Assembly (NCBI GenBank): GCA_943353855.1
Contig: CALRBD010000001.1
Coordinates: 1 to 58,549, forward strand
Direction of reading: 5' to 3'
Source of the DNA: an uncultured Candidatus Saccharimonas sp.
Lineage (GTDB): Bacteria > Patescibacteriota > Saccharimonadia > Saccharimonadales > AWTP1-31
DNA length: 58,549 nt
Part shown: positions 1-9,970 of the stretch, one piece after another
Numbering within the stretch: the first letter of the stretch is position 1
Layout of the letters: every line of letters begins with the position of its first letter
The notes under the pieces: model-generated
Seen by the model: only the letters and a program-made list of their open reading frames with translations
Databases searched by the model: none
Told to the model about the DNA's origin: nothing
Position numbers and translations under genes: made by a program

Positions 1-363
1 ATAGTAACTACAATAGCAGTCGCTGCCCACGAGATACCGCAAGAAATAGGTGATTTTGGATTGCTTCTGTCAAAGGGCGTAAAGCGATCTAAGGTTCTAC
101 TGATTAACTTCATTAGCGCACTTGCGACTGTTGTGACAGCGATTATAACGTTCCAGTTAGGAAGTAACACCAAGTTACCGTTAGGAGTGCTATTAGGTGT
201 AAGTGCAGGGTTCCTGTTGTATATTGCACTCAGTGATATTATTCCAACAATTCATGAAAAATCTACCAATAAAAGATTATTTGAGCTACAACCGTTTCTT
301 ATGATTCTTGGCGCTTGTCTAGTAGCCCTTGCAATTCAAATAGCTCATCATGTTACAGAATAA
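1..363 (+). CDS. ZIP-family divalent metal transporter, C-terminal part (5' end lies outside the window)
   Basis: Frame 1 is open from base 1 (IVTTIAVAAHEIPQEIGDFGLLL...). The HEIPQEIGDF motif and hydrophobic helices are typical of ZupT/ZIP permeases. Confidence 0.7.
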   Translation: MVTTIAVAAHEIPQEIGDFGLLLSKGVKRSKVLLINFISALATVVTAIITFQLGSNTKLPLGVLLGVSAGFLLYIALSDIIPTIHEKSTNKRLFELQPFLMILGACLVALAIQIAHHVTE

Positions 364-409
364 GAATAAGCGCGTTTATCTATAAACTGCTATAAGCTAT
401 ACTACTAAT

Positions 410-1630
410 ATGGAAATAGTTTTGGTCATCTTCGGGATATTAAATTGTGCGCTTATTGTAGTACTGCTTCTAAAGAAGAATAGTACTGGCTTAGACACCG
501 CGATGCGTGACGAGTTCATGCGTAATCGTAAAGAATTCCATGATGCTAACAAAGAGTTACGCCAAGAGCTAACTGTAGGATTAACTCAGACAAAAGAATC
601 TCTAGATAAAAGACTTGAACAACTACGTGATAAGAATGACGAAAAACTCGAGCTGATTCGAAAGACTGTTGAAACAAGACTAGTGAGTTTACAAAAAGAT
701 AATGCAGAAAAACTTGAGAAGATGCGTGAGACAGTTGATGAGAAATTGCAAAGCACACTAGAAAAACGCCTATCACAAAGCTTCAAGGTTGTGAGTGAGC
801 GTCTTGAAATGGTACATAAAGGGCTTGGAGAGATGCAGAATCTAGCATCTGACGTCAGTGACTTTAAGCGAGTTCTTACAAACGTCAAGACGCGTGGTAC
901 ATGGGGCGAAGTACAGCTTGAAAACTTACTGGAGCAGGTATTCATTAAGGATCATTATGACAAGCAAGTTAAGCTTAGCTCCACGAGCAACGATACTGTA
1001 GATTTTGCAATTAGACTACCGGATAAGAGTTCACCTAAAGGCTTCATATATCTTCCTATAGATGCTAAATTCCCACTTGAGGATTATCAAAGGCTTGTAG
1101 CTGCTCAAGAGAAGGGTGACCAAGTATTAACTGTCGCAGCACAAAAGGCTATGGTGAATAGGGTTAAGGCTGAGGCAAAATCAATTAAAGCCAAATACAT
1201 ACAGCCACCAAAGACTACGGACTTTGCAGTATTGTACGTTCCAACAGAAGGAATGTTCGCTGAAATATTAAGAGAACCAGGCTTGTTTGAAAAATTACAA
1301 TCTGAATATAGAGTTACGATTGCAGGACCTACAACAATCGCAGCCATATTAAGTAGCTACCAGCTTGGATTTAGAACGTTAGCAATCGCCGAGCAGACCG
1401 GACAAGCTTGGGAACTCTTAACGGGCATTAAGGGTGAATTCACGAAGTTCGGAGATCTTCTCGATAAGACACGAGAAAAGCTAGTTCAAGCAACCAAGAA
1501 CATTGATTCAGCATCATCTAAAAGTAGAACAATTGAACGTAAGCTTGATAAGGTCCAACAGCTCACTGATAAGGCTAGTTCTTCAGTAGACGACGTTGCC
1601 GTGCATCAACTTGATATTCTAGAAACGTAA
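410..1630 (+). CDS. rmuC: DNA recombination protein RmuC
   Basis: N-terminal TM helix, long coiled coil, then a GTWGEVQLENLLE motif and a C-terminal nuclease-like region typical of RmuC. Confidence 0.85.
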   Translation: MEIVLVIFGILNCALIVVLLLKKNSTGLDTAMRDEFMRNRKEFHDANKELRQELTVGLTQTKESLDKRLEQLRDKNDEKLELIRKTVETRLVSLQKDNAEKLEKMRETVDEKLQSTLEKRLSQSFKVVSERLEMVHKGLGEMQNLASDVSDFKRVLTNVKTRGTWGEVQLENLLEQVFIKDHYDKQVKLSSTSNDTVDFAIRLPDKSSPKGFIYLPIDAKFPLEDYQRLVAAQEKGDQVLTVAAQKAMVNRVKAEAKSIKAKYIQPPKTTDFAVLYVPTEGMFAEILREPGLFEKLQSEYRVTIAGPTTIAAILSSYQLGFRTLAIAEQTGQAWELLTGIKGEFTKFGDLLDKTREKLVQATKNIDSASSKSRTIERKLDKVQQLTDKASSSVDDVAVHQLDILET

Positions 1631-1634
1631 CTAT

Positions 1635-2132
1635 CTATCTAAAGTTTTGAAATGAAACAGGGAAGTCAAATTCTTGTTCTTTGATGATCGCCATTGTATC
1701 TTGAAGATCATTCTTACTCTGGCTCATGACGCGTATTTCATCGCCTTGAATCTGAGTCTTTACTTTAGGGAGTACTTCTCGTATCTTTGCCGTAATTTTC
1801 TTGGCCTTTTCTTGATCAAGACCTTTTTTGAATGGTATGTCCCAGGTAGTTTTTAGGTTTGATGTCACTGGTGTTGCACTTAAATCAAGTAGTTTTTGGC
1901 TCTGTCCACGTGTTGCTAGTTTTTTTCGAACAATATCCACGATTGCATCTAGTTGATATTGGCTATCTCCAGTAACTTTGAAACCTGTTTTCGCTTCTCC
2001 GCTCCAATCGATTGCAGCAGAAGTGCCCTTAAAATCATATCTAGAATCGAGCTCACGTTTTGTCTGTTCGTATACATTAATAATTTCCGACTTATCGTAG
2101 TCGCTTACAATATCAAATGAAAATGTTGGCAT
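1635..2132 (-). CDS. yajQ: YajQ-family nucleotide-binding protein (UPF0234)
   Basis: 165 aa. The start MPTFSFDIVSDYDKSEI...RYDFKG is the characteristic YajQ N-terminus. AAGGAG SD 7 nt upstream. Confidence 0.9.
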   Translation of the reverse strand: MPTFSFDIVSDYDKSEIINVYEQTKRELDSRYDFKGTSAAIDWSGEAKTGFKVTGDSQYQLDAIVDIVRKKLATRGQSQKLLDLSATPVTSNLKTTWDIPFKKGLDQEKAKKITAKIREVLPKVKTQIQGDEIRVMSQSKNDLQDTMAIIKEQEFDFPVSFQNFR

Positions 2133-2174
2133 CGTTAATCTCCTTATTACAAATTCTTTAATAACGGTAACTGT

Positions 2175-2183
2175 AGTATACCA
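2175..2183 (-). promoter_or_regulatory. extended -10 promoter of yajQ
   Basis: The minus strand reads TGgTATACT. A leader of about 35 nt containing AAGGAG follows. Confidence 0.5.
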
Positions 2184-2237
2184 GCATTAGTCTGCATTAT
2201 TTGCGCCTCTTTGTGTGTGGTTACCAAAGCCCAAGAC

Positions 2238-2246
2238 TGCTATAAT
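2238..2246 (+). promoter_or_regulatory. extended -10 promoter of pheST
   Basis: TGcTATAAT ending 9 nt before ATG 2256, with no SD. Confidence 0.5.
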
Positions 2247-2255
2247 AAACCTAAT

Positions 2256-3287
2256 ATGTCTACCTCTACTATTTCAATTGAACAGGCTAAAGTCGCGCTC
2301 AAAGCTGAGTTCGAAACTCTTGATGTAAAAAAACAAATTCTAAGAAGTAAAACTCTAGAATCTCTGATGGCTAATTTAAAGACCCTGCCTAACGAAGAAA
2401 AGGCTGAATATGGAAGAAATATCAATGCTCTAAAGGGCGAGATTGTATCTTGGGTTAACGAAGCAGAGTCTGAGGATCAGGAACTTGGACCAATTGATGT
2501 TACTGCTCCATTTGATATAAATACGCCTGAGAATAAAAGACCCGCTTTATTATCAACAAAGCTCGGCAGTAAGCATCCTATTATGATTGAGCTAGAATAC
2601 ATCGTCGATATCTTTAGTCGCATGGGATTTGAGGCAGTCGAATCACGGCAAATCGATGATGACTATCATATGTTCGAGTCACTTAATTTCCCCGAAGGCC
2701 ATCCAGCCCGCGATGACTATGACACATTCATGACAACCGAAGGACTTATCGCTCCGGCACATACCAGTACTATGCAGAACCGCGTACTACGACAATATAA
2801 AGATAACCTTACAAATGGTTTACCGATCGCTGTCGTTATTCCCGATCGTGTCTTTCGCAACGAAGATGTTGACGTAACCCACGAACATACCTTTCATCAG
2901 TTTGAGGGAGTTTATATCGACAAAGATGTGAACGTCGGTAATCTTATAGCAACTCTCAAGGCATTCATGAGCGAGTACTTTGGGCAAGAAATTAAAGCTA
3001 AATTACAGCCATTCTATTTTCCATTCACTGAGCCAAGTTTTGAATTTGCTATAGAACGACCAGAATCACTTAGAAAAGGTGATACAGAGGCAGATATGTG
3101 GCTTGAACTTCTCGGTTGCGGAATGATACATCCTAATGTGCTTAAAGCTGCAGACATAGACCCCACCGTTTATACTGGGTTTGCATGGGGATGTGGTATT
3201 GAACGGCTTGTTATGATGAAGAATAGTATCGAAGACATCAGGCATTTCCAGGCAGGTAAATTAGACTTCTTAAGGCAATTTTCATGA
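2256..3287 (+). CDS. pheS: phenylalanine--tRNA ligase alpha subunit
   Basis: FPEGHPARD and class II aaRS motifs. ATG 2256 is preferred over TTG 2211 because TGcTATAAT sits at 2238-2246. Stop overlaps the pheT start (ATGA). Confidence 0.93.
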   Translation: MSTSTISIEQAKVALKAEFETLDVKKQILRSKTLESLMANLKTLPNEEKAEYGRNINALKGEIVSWVNEAESEDQELGPIDVTAPFDINTPENKRPALLSTKLGSKHPIMIELEYIVDIFSRMGFEAVESRQIDDDYHMFESLNFPEGHPARDDYDTFMTTEGLIAPAHTSTMQNRVLRQYKDNLTNGLPIAVVIPDRVFRNEDVDVTHEHTFHQFEGVYIDKDVNVGNLIATLKAFMSEYFGQEIKAKLQPFYFPFTEPSFEFAIERPESLRKGDTEADMWLELLGCGMIHPNVLKAADIDPTVYTGFAWGCGIERLVMMKNSIEDIRHFQAGKLDFLRQFS

Positions 3288-5797
3288 AATTTAGTATAAA
3301 TTGGGCACAACACTACAGTAATATTGACCTTAAAACTTGGTCTAGCGACGACGTAGTCAGTATGATCGGATCTCAACTAGGAGCTGTCGAAGAGGTTATT
3401 AAATGGGGACCTCGTTATGACGGTATCGTTGTCGCACGCATAGTTTCATACGTAAAACATAGTAACGCAGATACTCTTAGTGTTTGCCTTATTGATGACG
3501 GTGACGTTACTAAGGATGTTAAACGGAACGAAGAAGGTTTCGTGCAGGTAGTATGTGGTGCTCCAAACGTTGCAGAAGATCTTGTAGTCGCGTGGATTCC
3601 TCCAGGCGCTACTGTTCCTAGTAGTGTCGATACTGAGCCATATGTACTTGAAGCGCGTGAAATTCGAGGTGAAGTTAGTAATGGTATGTTGGCAAGCCCT
3701 AAGGAGCTTAATATAAGTGAAGAGCATGAAGGCATTTTAGAGATTAGTCCGGATGCTGTAGGTCTAGAGAACGCCAAACCAGGAACGCCATTCAAGAAAC
3801 TATATGGCCTAGATGATCTTGTTATTGATTGTGAAAATAAAATGTTTACTCATCGGCCGGACTGCTTTGGTATTCTCGGTATTGCTCGAGAACTATCCGG
3901 AATAAGTGGACAGCAATTCGAAAGCCCAGATTGGTATATTAGTCCCATTGAATTGCCAGTAGTTTCGGATCTAGCAATTACCTCTAAGAACGAAATTATG
4001 GATGCCGTACCTCGCTTCATGGTGCAGGTTATTCAAGACGTTAATGTGCAAGCTAGTAGTGTCGGAGTACAAGCTGCGCTTACTCGTGTTGGCAGCCGCC
4101 CAGTCAATAATATTGTCGATCTATCTAACTTCTATATGCACCTAACCGCACAACCTACGCATGCATTTGATTACGATAAGGTTAAGACATTATGCTCTGG
4201 AGAAGTTACCATCTTTCCTCGCATGGCACAAAAAGGTGAGACACTAGAACTATTAAATGGCCAGACAATTAATTTATCTGAAAAAGACATTGTAATTGCA
4301 ACGGACCAGCAGCCTATAGCACTTGCTGGCATCATGGGCGGTTCACAAACTGAAGTCGATGACACTACAAAAAACCTAATCGTTGAATGCGCGACCTTCG
4401 ATATGTATACAATTAGGCGAAGTAGTATGCGTCATGGCCTATTTACTGATGCAGTAACGCGTTTTAATAAAGGGCAGTCACCAAAACAAAACCCAGCTAT
4501 TCTTGCACGTTTGGTTCAAAACATAACTGAATTCGCTGGAGGGTCAGTAGGCGATATCTATGACTCATATGAAGGCAAAGATTTACTATATTGGGATCCA
4601 GTCATGTGCGACATTGATTTTATTAACAGTCGGCTAGGAAGTGAATTAACTTCCGAACAAGTCAAAGGATTACTCGTAAATGTAGAGTTTAAGGTTGATT
4701 TTGACCATGGTCAGTTGAAAATATCTGCACCATTTTGGAGGAGAGACATTGAACTTCCCGAAGATATTGTTGAAGAAGTAGGTCGCCTATATGGATTCGA
4801 TAAGCTACCGGTTGTTTTGCCTACGCGAGTTGCTTCACCCACTAAAGTTAATCCATTGATGAAATTTAAAAGCTCTATCCGTACAATGTTGTCTCAAGCT
4901 GGAGCGACTGAAGTCTTGAACTATAGCTTCGTTTCAGGAACTCTTTTGTCTAATTCAGGTCAAGATCCTAACGATGCCTATAAGCTTAGTAATGCACTTA
5001 GTCCTGCACTTGAGTACTATCGTATTTCACTAACACCAAGTTTACTTAGTAAGGTACATCAGAACATTAGAGCTGGTCATGATAAATTCGCAATATTTGA
5101 AATAGGTAAAACACATATACGTAGTAACGGAGTAACAGGCGAAAATGTGCCAAACGAATTAGATATGCTTTCACTAGTCTATGTCATGTCAGATAAACTT
5201 GCCGACAAGTCAACGGGCGCTACTTACTATGAGGCAAAACATTACCTAGACTATATCTCAGGTAAGCTCAACATCTCGTTAACCTACGTTCCAGTTTCAA
5301 ATGCTGAGGGTCATCAAATTCACGGACCATTTAATCATAATCGCTCCTCTTTAATTATTGATACTAAAAGTGGAGATGCAATCGGCGTAATTGGAGAGTA
5401 TACATTTACAACTCGTAAAAAACTTAAACTTCCAGAGCACGTTGCAGGATTTGAAATTAATATTGCGGCACTACTAAAAATTGCTGGTCCAGAGACCACT
5501 TATGTAGCAAAGTCACGTTACCCTCACATTAAACAAGACATGACCATAAGTACTACTGAATCTACAAATTATAGTGATGTTGTGAAGAACGTTCTCCAGG
5601 CCATGCACGAACGTGGTGATTCCGCAGGCTACAATTTCGACATTCAGCCGTTAGATATTTACCAAAAAGAGCCTGAATCACCAAAACAGATTACTTTGCG
5701 CGCGGATATCTCTCATCCGGAGCGAACTCTAACGACGCAAGAAGTTGGTGAATTTATAGCAGGTGTTATTAATGAAGTTGATAAAAAAGAAATTTAA
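3284..5797 (+). CDS. pheT: phenylalanine--tRNA ligase beta subunit
   Basis: 837 aa with an N-terminal tRNA-binding OB domain, B3/B4, B5 and a C-terminal FDX-ACB-like region. Translationally coupled to pheS. Confidence 0.92.
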   Translation: MKFSINWAQHYSNIDLKTWSSDDVVSMIGSQLGAVEEVIKWGPRYDGIVVARIVSYVKHSNADTLSVCLIDDGDVTKDVKRNEEGFVQVVCGAPNVAEDLVVAWIPPGATVPSSVDTEPYVLEAREIRGEVSNGMLASPKELNISEEHEGILEISPDAVGLENAKPGTPFKKLYGLDDLVIDCENKMFTHRPDCFGILGIARELSGISGQQFESPDWYISPIELPVVSDLAITSKNEIMDAVPRFMVQVIQDVNVQASSVGVQAALTRVGSRPVNNIVDLSNFYMHLTAQPTHAFDYDKVKTLCSGEVTIFPRMAQKGETLELLNGQTINLSEKDIVIATDQQPIALAGIMGGSQTEVDDTTKNLIVECATFDMYTIRRSSMRHGLFTDAVTRFNKGQSPKQNPAILARLVQNITEFAGGSVGDIYDSYEGKDLLYWDPVMCDIDFINSRLGSELTSEQVKGLLVNVEFKVDFDHGQLKISAPFWRRDIELPEDIVEEVGRLYGFDKLPVVLPTRVASPTKVNPLMKFKSSIRTMLSQAGATEVLNYSFVSGTLLSNSGQDPNDAYKLSNALSPALEYYRISLTPSLLSKVHQNIRAGHDKFAIFEIGKTHIRSNGVTGENVPNELDMLSLVYVMSDKLADKSTGATYYEAKHYLDYISGKLNISLTYVPVSNAEGHQIHGPFNHNRSSLIIDTKSGDAIGVIGEYTFTTRKKLKLPEHVAGFEINIAALLKIAGPETTYVAKSRYPHIKQDMTISTTESTNYSDVVKNVLQAMHERGDSAGYNFDIQPLDIYQKEPESPKQITLRADISHPERTLTTQEVGEFIAGVINEVDKKEI

Positions 5798-5806
5798 TAT
5801 TTAGAT

Positions 5807-7585
5807 ATGAAATATATTTTCCGAATTCTTAAATTTACTAAAGAGCTGAAAGCTTACTACATTACTATTAGTATACTTTCGATCCTTATTGCAGCAGTCG
5901 GCCTAGTATACCCGCTTTTAAGTGGTTGGGCTATTGATGAGATTAGATTCGGTACTGACGCAAACGTAGGCAAGCTAGTATTTATTGTGGTACTTATTTT
6001 TGCAAGCGACCTAGCATCTAACCTGCTGTCCAACATTAATGGGCATATTGGTGACCAAATGGCCTCTAAGCTATCTAAATCACTGGGCTCAAAGTATTAT
6101 CAGCATCTTCTTAGTTTGCCACAAAGCTATTTTGATTCCGATATGACAGGTAAGATTATAAATCGCCTTAACCGCTCTATAGTGCAGATAGCTAACTTCA
6201 TGCAAATATGGAGCAATAACTTCCTGCAATTTATTTTCAGTACAGTACTAGCACTCGCAATAGTCGCATATTATAGCTGGCAGGTAGCATTACTACTATT
6301 TACCCTATACCCTATATTTGTTTTAATGACCATTAAAGCTAGCTCTACATGGCAAGGCTACCAGAAAAAAATAAACCATAATGCAGATATTGCCAGCGGG
6401 CGCTTCGCAGAGTCTATCTCGCAAGTCAAAGTTGTTAAGAGCTATATTCAGGAAAAACGTGAGCTCAGTTTCTTCAATAAGCACTCACAAAATATTATTA
6501 ATTATACAAAGCCCCAGTCACGTTACTGGCATATAAAAGATTTTCAGCGTCGTTTTGTACTTAATATAATATTTTTCTTAATCTATATCTTTATTTTTAT
6601 TCAAGCTGCACATGGCCAGATTTCACCAGGTATAGCAGTAGCTCTGATTCTATATTCAATGCAGATTCGTATTCCAATATTTACAATTAGTTTTCTCGTT
6701 GAAAATACTCAGCGAGCTATTGCTGACAGTAAGGACTACTTTGAAATACTAGAAATTACTCCAGATATAATAGATACACAAGATGCTAAGAAACTTGCAA
6801 TTACTCAAGGCGCAATAAGCTTTAAGAATGTAACATTCGGATATGGCGATACAGAAGTTCTTAAAGATATAAATATAACGATCGCTCCTGATACTAAAGT
6901 TGCTCTTGTCGGAGAAAGCGGTGAAGGTAAAACAACACTGACTAATCTACTACTGCGTCTTTACGAACCAAATAGCGGAACAATTAATATTGATGATCAA
7001 AACATTCAGGAAGTAACGCAGCAAAGCCTTAGAGAAAACATTGGTATTGTTTTTCAAGATCCTGCACTTTTTAGCGGAACAATTAAAGAAAATATATCCT
7101 ACGGCAACCCACAAGCTTCACTTGCCGATATACGTGCAGCAGCTAAAGCAGCAAATGCGGATGAATTTATTAAAAAGCTTGAAAAAGGCTATGATGCGGA
7201 GATAGGTGAAAAAGGCTTGAAATTAAGTGGCGGCCAAAAGCAGCGCATTGCTATAGCTCGCGCTTTACTTAAAGATGCTCCAATACTTATTCTCGATGAA
7301 GCAACGAGTAGCTTGGATAGTAAGAGCGAATCAATGGTCCAGGAAGCGTTGGAGCGTCTCATGAAAGGCAGGACTACTTTAATCATTGCTCACCGACTAA
7401 GTACTATTCAAAGTGTAGATACTATTATCACACTACAGAAAGGCTCTGTTAGTGAGGTTGGTAGTCCAGAAGAACTTTCTCATTCAGGCGGTATATACGA
7501 CCAGCTATTGCAAATACAGAGTGGTACTAAAGAAGATGTTAAGAATAAGCTAAAGGAATACGACGTATATGAAACAAGCAGTTAG
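5807..7585 (+). CDS. ABC transporter, fused permease/ATP-binding protein (MsbA/exporter type)
   Basis: Six-helix TMD followed by Walker A GESGEGKTT, signature LSGGQKQR and Walker B ILILDEATS. Confidence 0.9.
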   Translation: MKYIFRILKFTKELKAYYITISILSILIAAVGLVYPLLSGWAIDEIRFGTDANVGKLVFIVVLIFASDLASNLLSNINGHIGDQMASKLSKSLGSKYYQHLLSLPQSYFDSDMTGKIINRLNRSIVQIANFMQIWSNNFLQFIFSTVLALAIVAYYSWQVALLLFTLYPIFVLMTIKASSTWQGYQKKINHNADIASGRFAESISQVKVVKSYIQEKRELSFFNKHSQNIINYTKPQSRYWHIKDFQRRFVLNIIFFLIYIFIFIQAAHGQISPGIAVALILYSMQIRIPIFTISFLVENTQRAIADSKDYFEILEITPDIIDTQDAKKLAITQGAISFKNVTFGYGDTEVLKDINITIAPDTKVALVGESGEGKTTLTNLLLRLYEPNSGTINIDDQNIQEVTQQSLRENIGIVFQDPALFSGTIKENISYGNPQASLADIRAAAKAANADEFIKKLEKGYDAEIGEKGLKLSGGQKQRIAIARALLKDAPILILDEATSSLDSKSESMVQEALERLMKGRTTLIIAHRLSTIQSVDTIITLQKGSVSEVGSPEELSHSGGIYDQLLQIQSGTKEDVKNKLKEYDVYETSS

Positions 7586-8015
7586 AGCAATAATTATTCA
7601 CGATAATAATCTTCTAGTCATGAAGCGTAATAAATTTGGCAAGGAATACTATACCTTAATTGGTGGTCATGTAGAGATGGGTGAGAGCCATGAAGTCGCA
7701 CTACTGCGTGAAATCCATGAAGAAACTATGGTACATGTTGCACACCCACGTTTAGTATTTGTAGAACATGCTGGGAATGTATATGGAACCCAGTACGTAT
7801 TTGTTTGTACATATGTTTCCGGCGTTCCCGTATTGCACCCTCATGCCGACGAAGTCCATATCAATAAGCTTGGACAGAACACGTATACACCAATGTGGCT
7901 ACCTCTGGATAAGCTTGAATCGGTACCATTTTTATCAGAAAAATTAAAACACAAGATTATTGCCTCACTTAAAGACGGTTTTCCTAAAGAAGCCGAAACG
8001 TTTACTACTCAATAA
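7569..8015 (+). CDS. NUDIX hydrolase
   Basis: Nudix box GGHVEMGESHEVALLREIHEETMV. Overlaps the ABC gene by 17 nt. Confidence 0.85.
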   Translation: MKQAVRAIIIHDNNLLVMKRNKFGKEYYTLIGGHVEMGESHEVALLREIHEETMVHVAHPRLVFVEHAGNVYGTQYVFVCTYVSGVPVLHPHADEVHINKLGQNTYTPMWLPLDKLESVPFLSEKLKHKIIASLKDGFPKEAETFTTQ

Positions 8016-8058
8016 TTAAAAAATACATCTATTTTTCCATAAAACAATCCATCTCCTT

Positions 8059-8067
8059 TGCTATACT
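8059..8067 (+). promoter_or_regulatory. extended -10 promoter of the FKBP gene
   Basis: TGcTATACT, followed by a leader of about 20 nt with an AAGGGG SD. Confidence 0.5.
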
Positions 8068-8094
8068 TAGATGGTAACTAAAAAAGGGGTACAT

Positions 8095-8631
8095 ATGGCG
8101 AAACTAGGCCAACGGATTGCAGCTTTGACGTTATCAGTCTTTTTCTTGTTCTCAGCAATAGGATTTAGCGGACTCGTCATATGGCAGTCGCATCAACAGA
8201 ACAAACGAGATAAAGAACTCGCTAAAAGCGCAACAGTAGATAATACATTAAAGGAGAATAAATTGGACAATCAAAAACTAGAAAACTTTACACCAGTTGC
8301 TCAGGTAGAAACATTACAAAAAATTGACACAGTCGTAGGCACAGGAGCTGAAGTAAAGCCAGGTGATACAGTAACTGCGCATTACACGGGTGCACTCGCA
8401 AAAAATGGCATAGTATTTGACTCATCAGTATCACGAGGTGAACCTGCAACCTTCCCACTTAGTAACGTTATTAAGGGATGGCAAGAAGGCGTTCCAGGCA
8501 TGAAAGTTGGTGGAAAACGTCGCTTACTAATCCCAGCATCTCTTGGATATGGCGAACAAGGTAGTCCACCAAAGATTGGTCCAAACGAACCCCTCGTTTT
8601 CGACATTGAATTAGTTAAAATTGGGCAATAA
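8095..8631 (+). CDS. membrane-anchored FKBP-type peptidyl-prolyl cis-trans isomerase
   Basis: N-terminal TM helix and an FKBP core (HYTGAL..G..FDSS, VIKGWQEGVPGMKVGGKRRLLIP). ATG 8095 has an AAGGGG SD 5 nt upstream; ATG 8071 lies only 3 nt after the -10 box. Confidence 0.9.
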   Translation: MAKLGQRIAALTLSVFFLFSAIGFSGLVIWQSHQQNKRDKELAKSATVDNTLKENKLDNQKLENFTPVAQVETLQKIDTVVGTGAEVKPGDTVTAHYTGALAKNGIVFDSSVSRGEPATFPLSNVIKGWQEGVPGMKVGGKRRLLIPASLGYGEQGSPPKIGPNEPLVFDIELVKIGQ

Positions 8632-8648
8632 ACACAATATATAGTGTA

Positions 8649-8676
8649 TTGACTTGATACATAAGCACTATATAAT
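8649..8676 (+). promoter_or_regulatory. sigma70-type promoter of the redoxin-trxB operon
   Basis: TTGACT-16 nt-TATAAT, 40 nt before the SD-led ATG at 8717. Confidence 0.6.
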
Positions 8677-8716
8677 GCTTTATACATAACTATTAATACA
8701 AAGAGGAAAAGTAAAA

Positions 8717-8965
8717 ATGGTAAAAGATATTACAATCTATACGACAAACACATGCGCCTACTGCGTTATGGTAAAGAAATGGCTAGGAACAAAAGGACAT
8801 ACGTATAAAGAAGTAAATTTGGATGATCATCCAGAACGTCAAAAAGAAGCATTTGAAGCAAGTGGTCAGTTAGCAGTTCCTGTAACGATCGTTACAAAGA
8901 ATGATGATTCTAAGGAAGTTATTGTTGGCTATAACCTTGCTAAACTTGCGCCAGCCGTAGCCTAG
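8717..8965 (+). CDS. glutaredoxin-like/NrdH-type redoxin
   Basis: 82 aa with a CAYC active site near the N-terminus and a thioredoxin-fold pattern. AGAGGA SD. Confidence 0.7.
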   Translation: MVKDITIYTTNTCAYCVMVKKWLGTKGHTYKEVNLDDHPERQKEAFEASGQLAVPVTIVTKNDDSKEVIVGYNLAKLAPAVA

Positions 8966-8996
8966 GACCACACATAAAAGTAATAAGAGGGTATTT

Positions 8997-9965
8997 ATGA
9001 CAGAAGCAAAAAAAGTAGTTGATGCACATAGCCATCGAATTTGGGACGTAATTATGGTAGGTGCAGGCCCAGCAGCCTTAAGCGCCGCATTATATACATC
9101 ACGAGAAGATATTACGACTCTTCTTTTCGAGAAAGGTGCTATCGGCGGACTTGCTGCTGTCACCGACTGGATTGATAACTACCCAGGCTTTCCTAAGGGT
9201 GTAGCTGGGCTTGAGCTTGCAGATAACCTCAGATTACAGGCTGAACGTTTTGGAGCTGTAATTGAGCTTGGAGACGTCCTTAGTATTAAGCGTTCCGGCG
9301 ACCACATCGAGCTAGATACTACTAGTGGATTATTCAAGGCTAGAGCTGTACTTTTAGCTACTGGTAGTGACTGGAAGAAGATTGGCGTTCCTGGAGAAAA
9401 GGAATACTTCGGACGTGGCGTCCATTACTGTGCAACTTGTGACGGTGCATTCTATAGGGATAAACGACTGGCTGTTATTGGAGGTGGTAACTCTGCTGTA
9501 CAAGAAGCTATTTTTCTAACTAGGTACGCTAGTCATATCGATCTTCTTGTTAGGGGTGACTCTTTCCGTGCCTCTGAAGTCCTACAACATGAACTGAAGA
9601 AACATAGAGATAAGATTACGATTCACCTTAATACAACTACTGACAAAATAGTCGCAGTCGACAACAAGGTTCATCATGTATTGAGCACTAGAAAAACAAC
9701 TGGTAAGAAAATAGAATATCCAGTAGACGGTGTATTCGTATTCGTAGGCTTAGAGCCAAATACGCAGTTTCTTAAAGGATCTGATGTTGAACTTGATGCA
9801 ATCAAGCTTATTAAAACAAACGATCATCTTGAAACAAGCGTTAAAGGTGTCTTTGCCGCTGGTGACGTACGAAGCGGTGCAACTATGCAGATTGCAAGTG
9901 CTACCGGCGAAGGTGCCACAGCTGCTCTAGAAATTAGAGAGTATCTAGATAATCTTAAGCGCTAG
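8997..9965 (+). CDS. trxB: thioredoxin-disulfide reductase
   Basis: GAGPAA FAD motif, redox-active CATCDG and GGGNSA NADPH motif. Confidence 0.92.
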   Translation: MTEAKKVVDAHSHRIWDVIMVGAGPAALSAALYTSREDITTLLFEKGAIGGLAAVTDWIDNYPGFPKGVAGLELADNLRLQAERFGAVIELGDVLSIKRSGDHIELDTTSGLFKARAVLLATGSDWKKIGVPGEKEYFGRGVHYCATCDGAFYRDKRLAVIGGGNSAVQEAIFLTRYASHIDLLVRGDSFRASEVLQHELKKHRDKITIHLNTTTDKIVAVDNKVHHVLSTRKTTGKKIEYPVDGVFVFVGLEPNTQFLKGSDVELDAIKLIKTNDHLETSVKGVFAAGDVRSGATMQIASATGEGATAALEIREYLDNLKR

Positions 9966-9970
9966 TTGAA

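Noticed and set aside
586-945. Long antisense or alternate-frame ORFs in the six-frame track. Examples: 586-945(-), 3415-3795(-), 17222-17641(+), 36566-36883(+), 36896-37291(+), 43405-43767(-), 48535-48921(+), 50390-50758(+), 57912-58304(-).
   Set aside because: Each lies entirely inside, and antisense or out of frame to, a gene with strong family motifs. The translations are low-complexity (Ser/Leu/Arg-rich) and lack promoter or SD signals. These are shadow ORFs.
2211-2255. Upstream alternative start codons proposed by the ORF track: 2211, 8071, 18515, 24457, 28971, 37803, 37870, 38331, 41536, 50865.
   Set aside because: The N-terminal extensions add non-conserved residues ahead of recognisable family N-termini. 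In most cases they contain the -10 promoter box or the SD of the downstream ATG, so the shorter forms were annotated.
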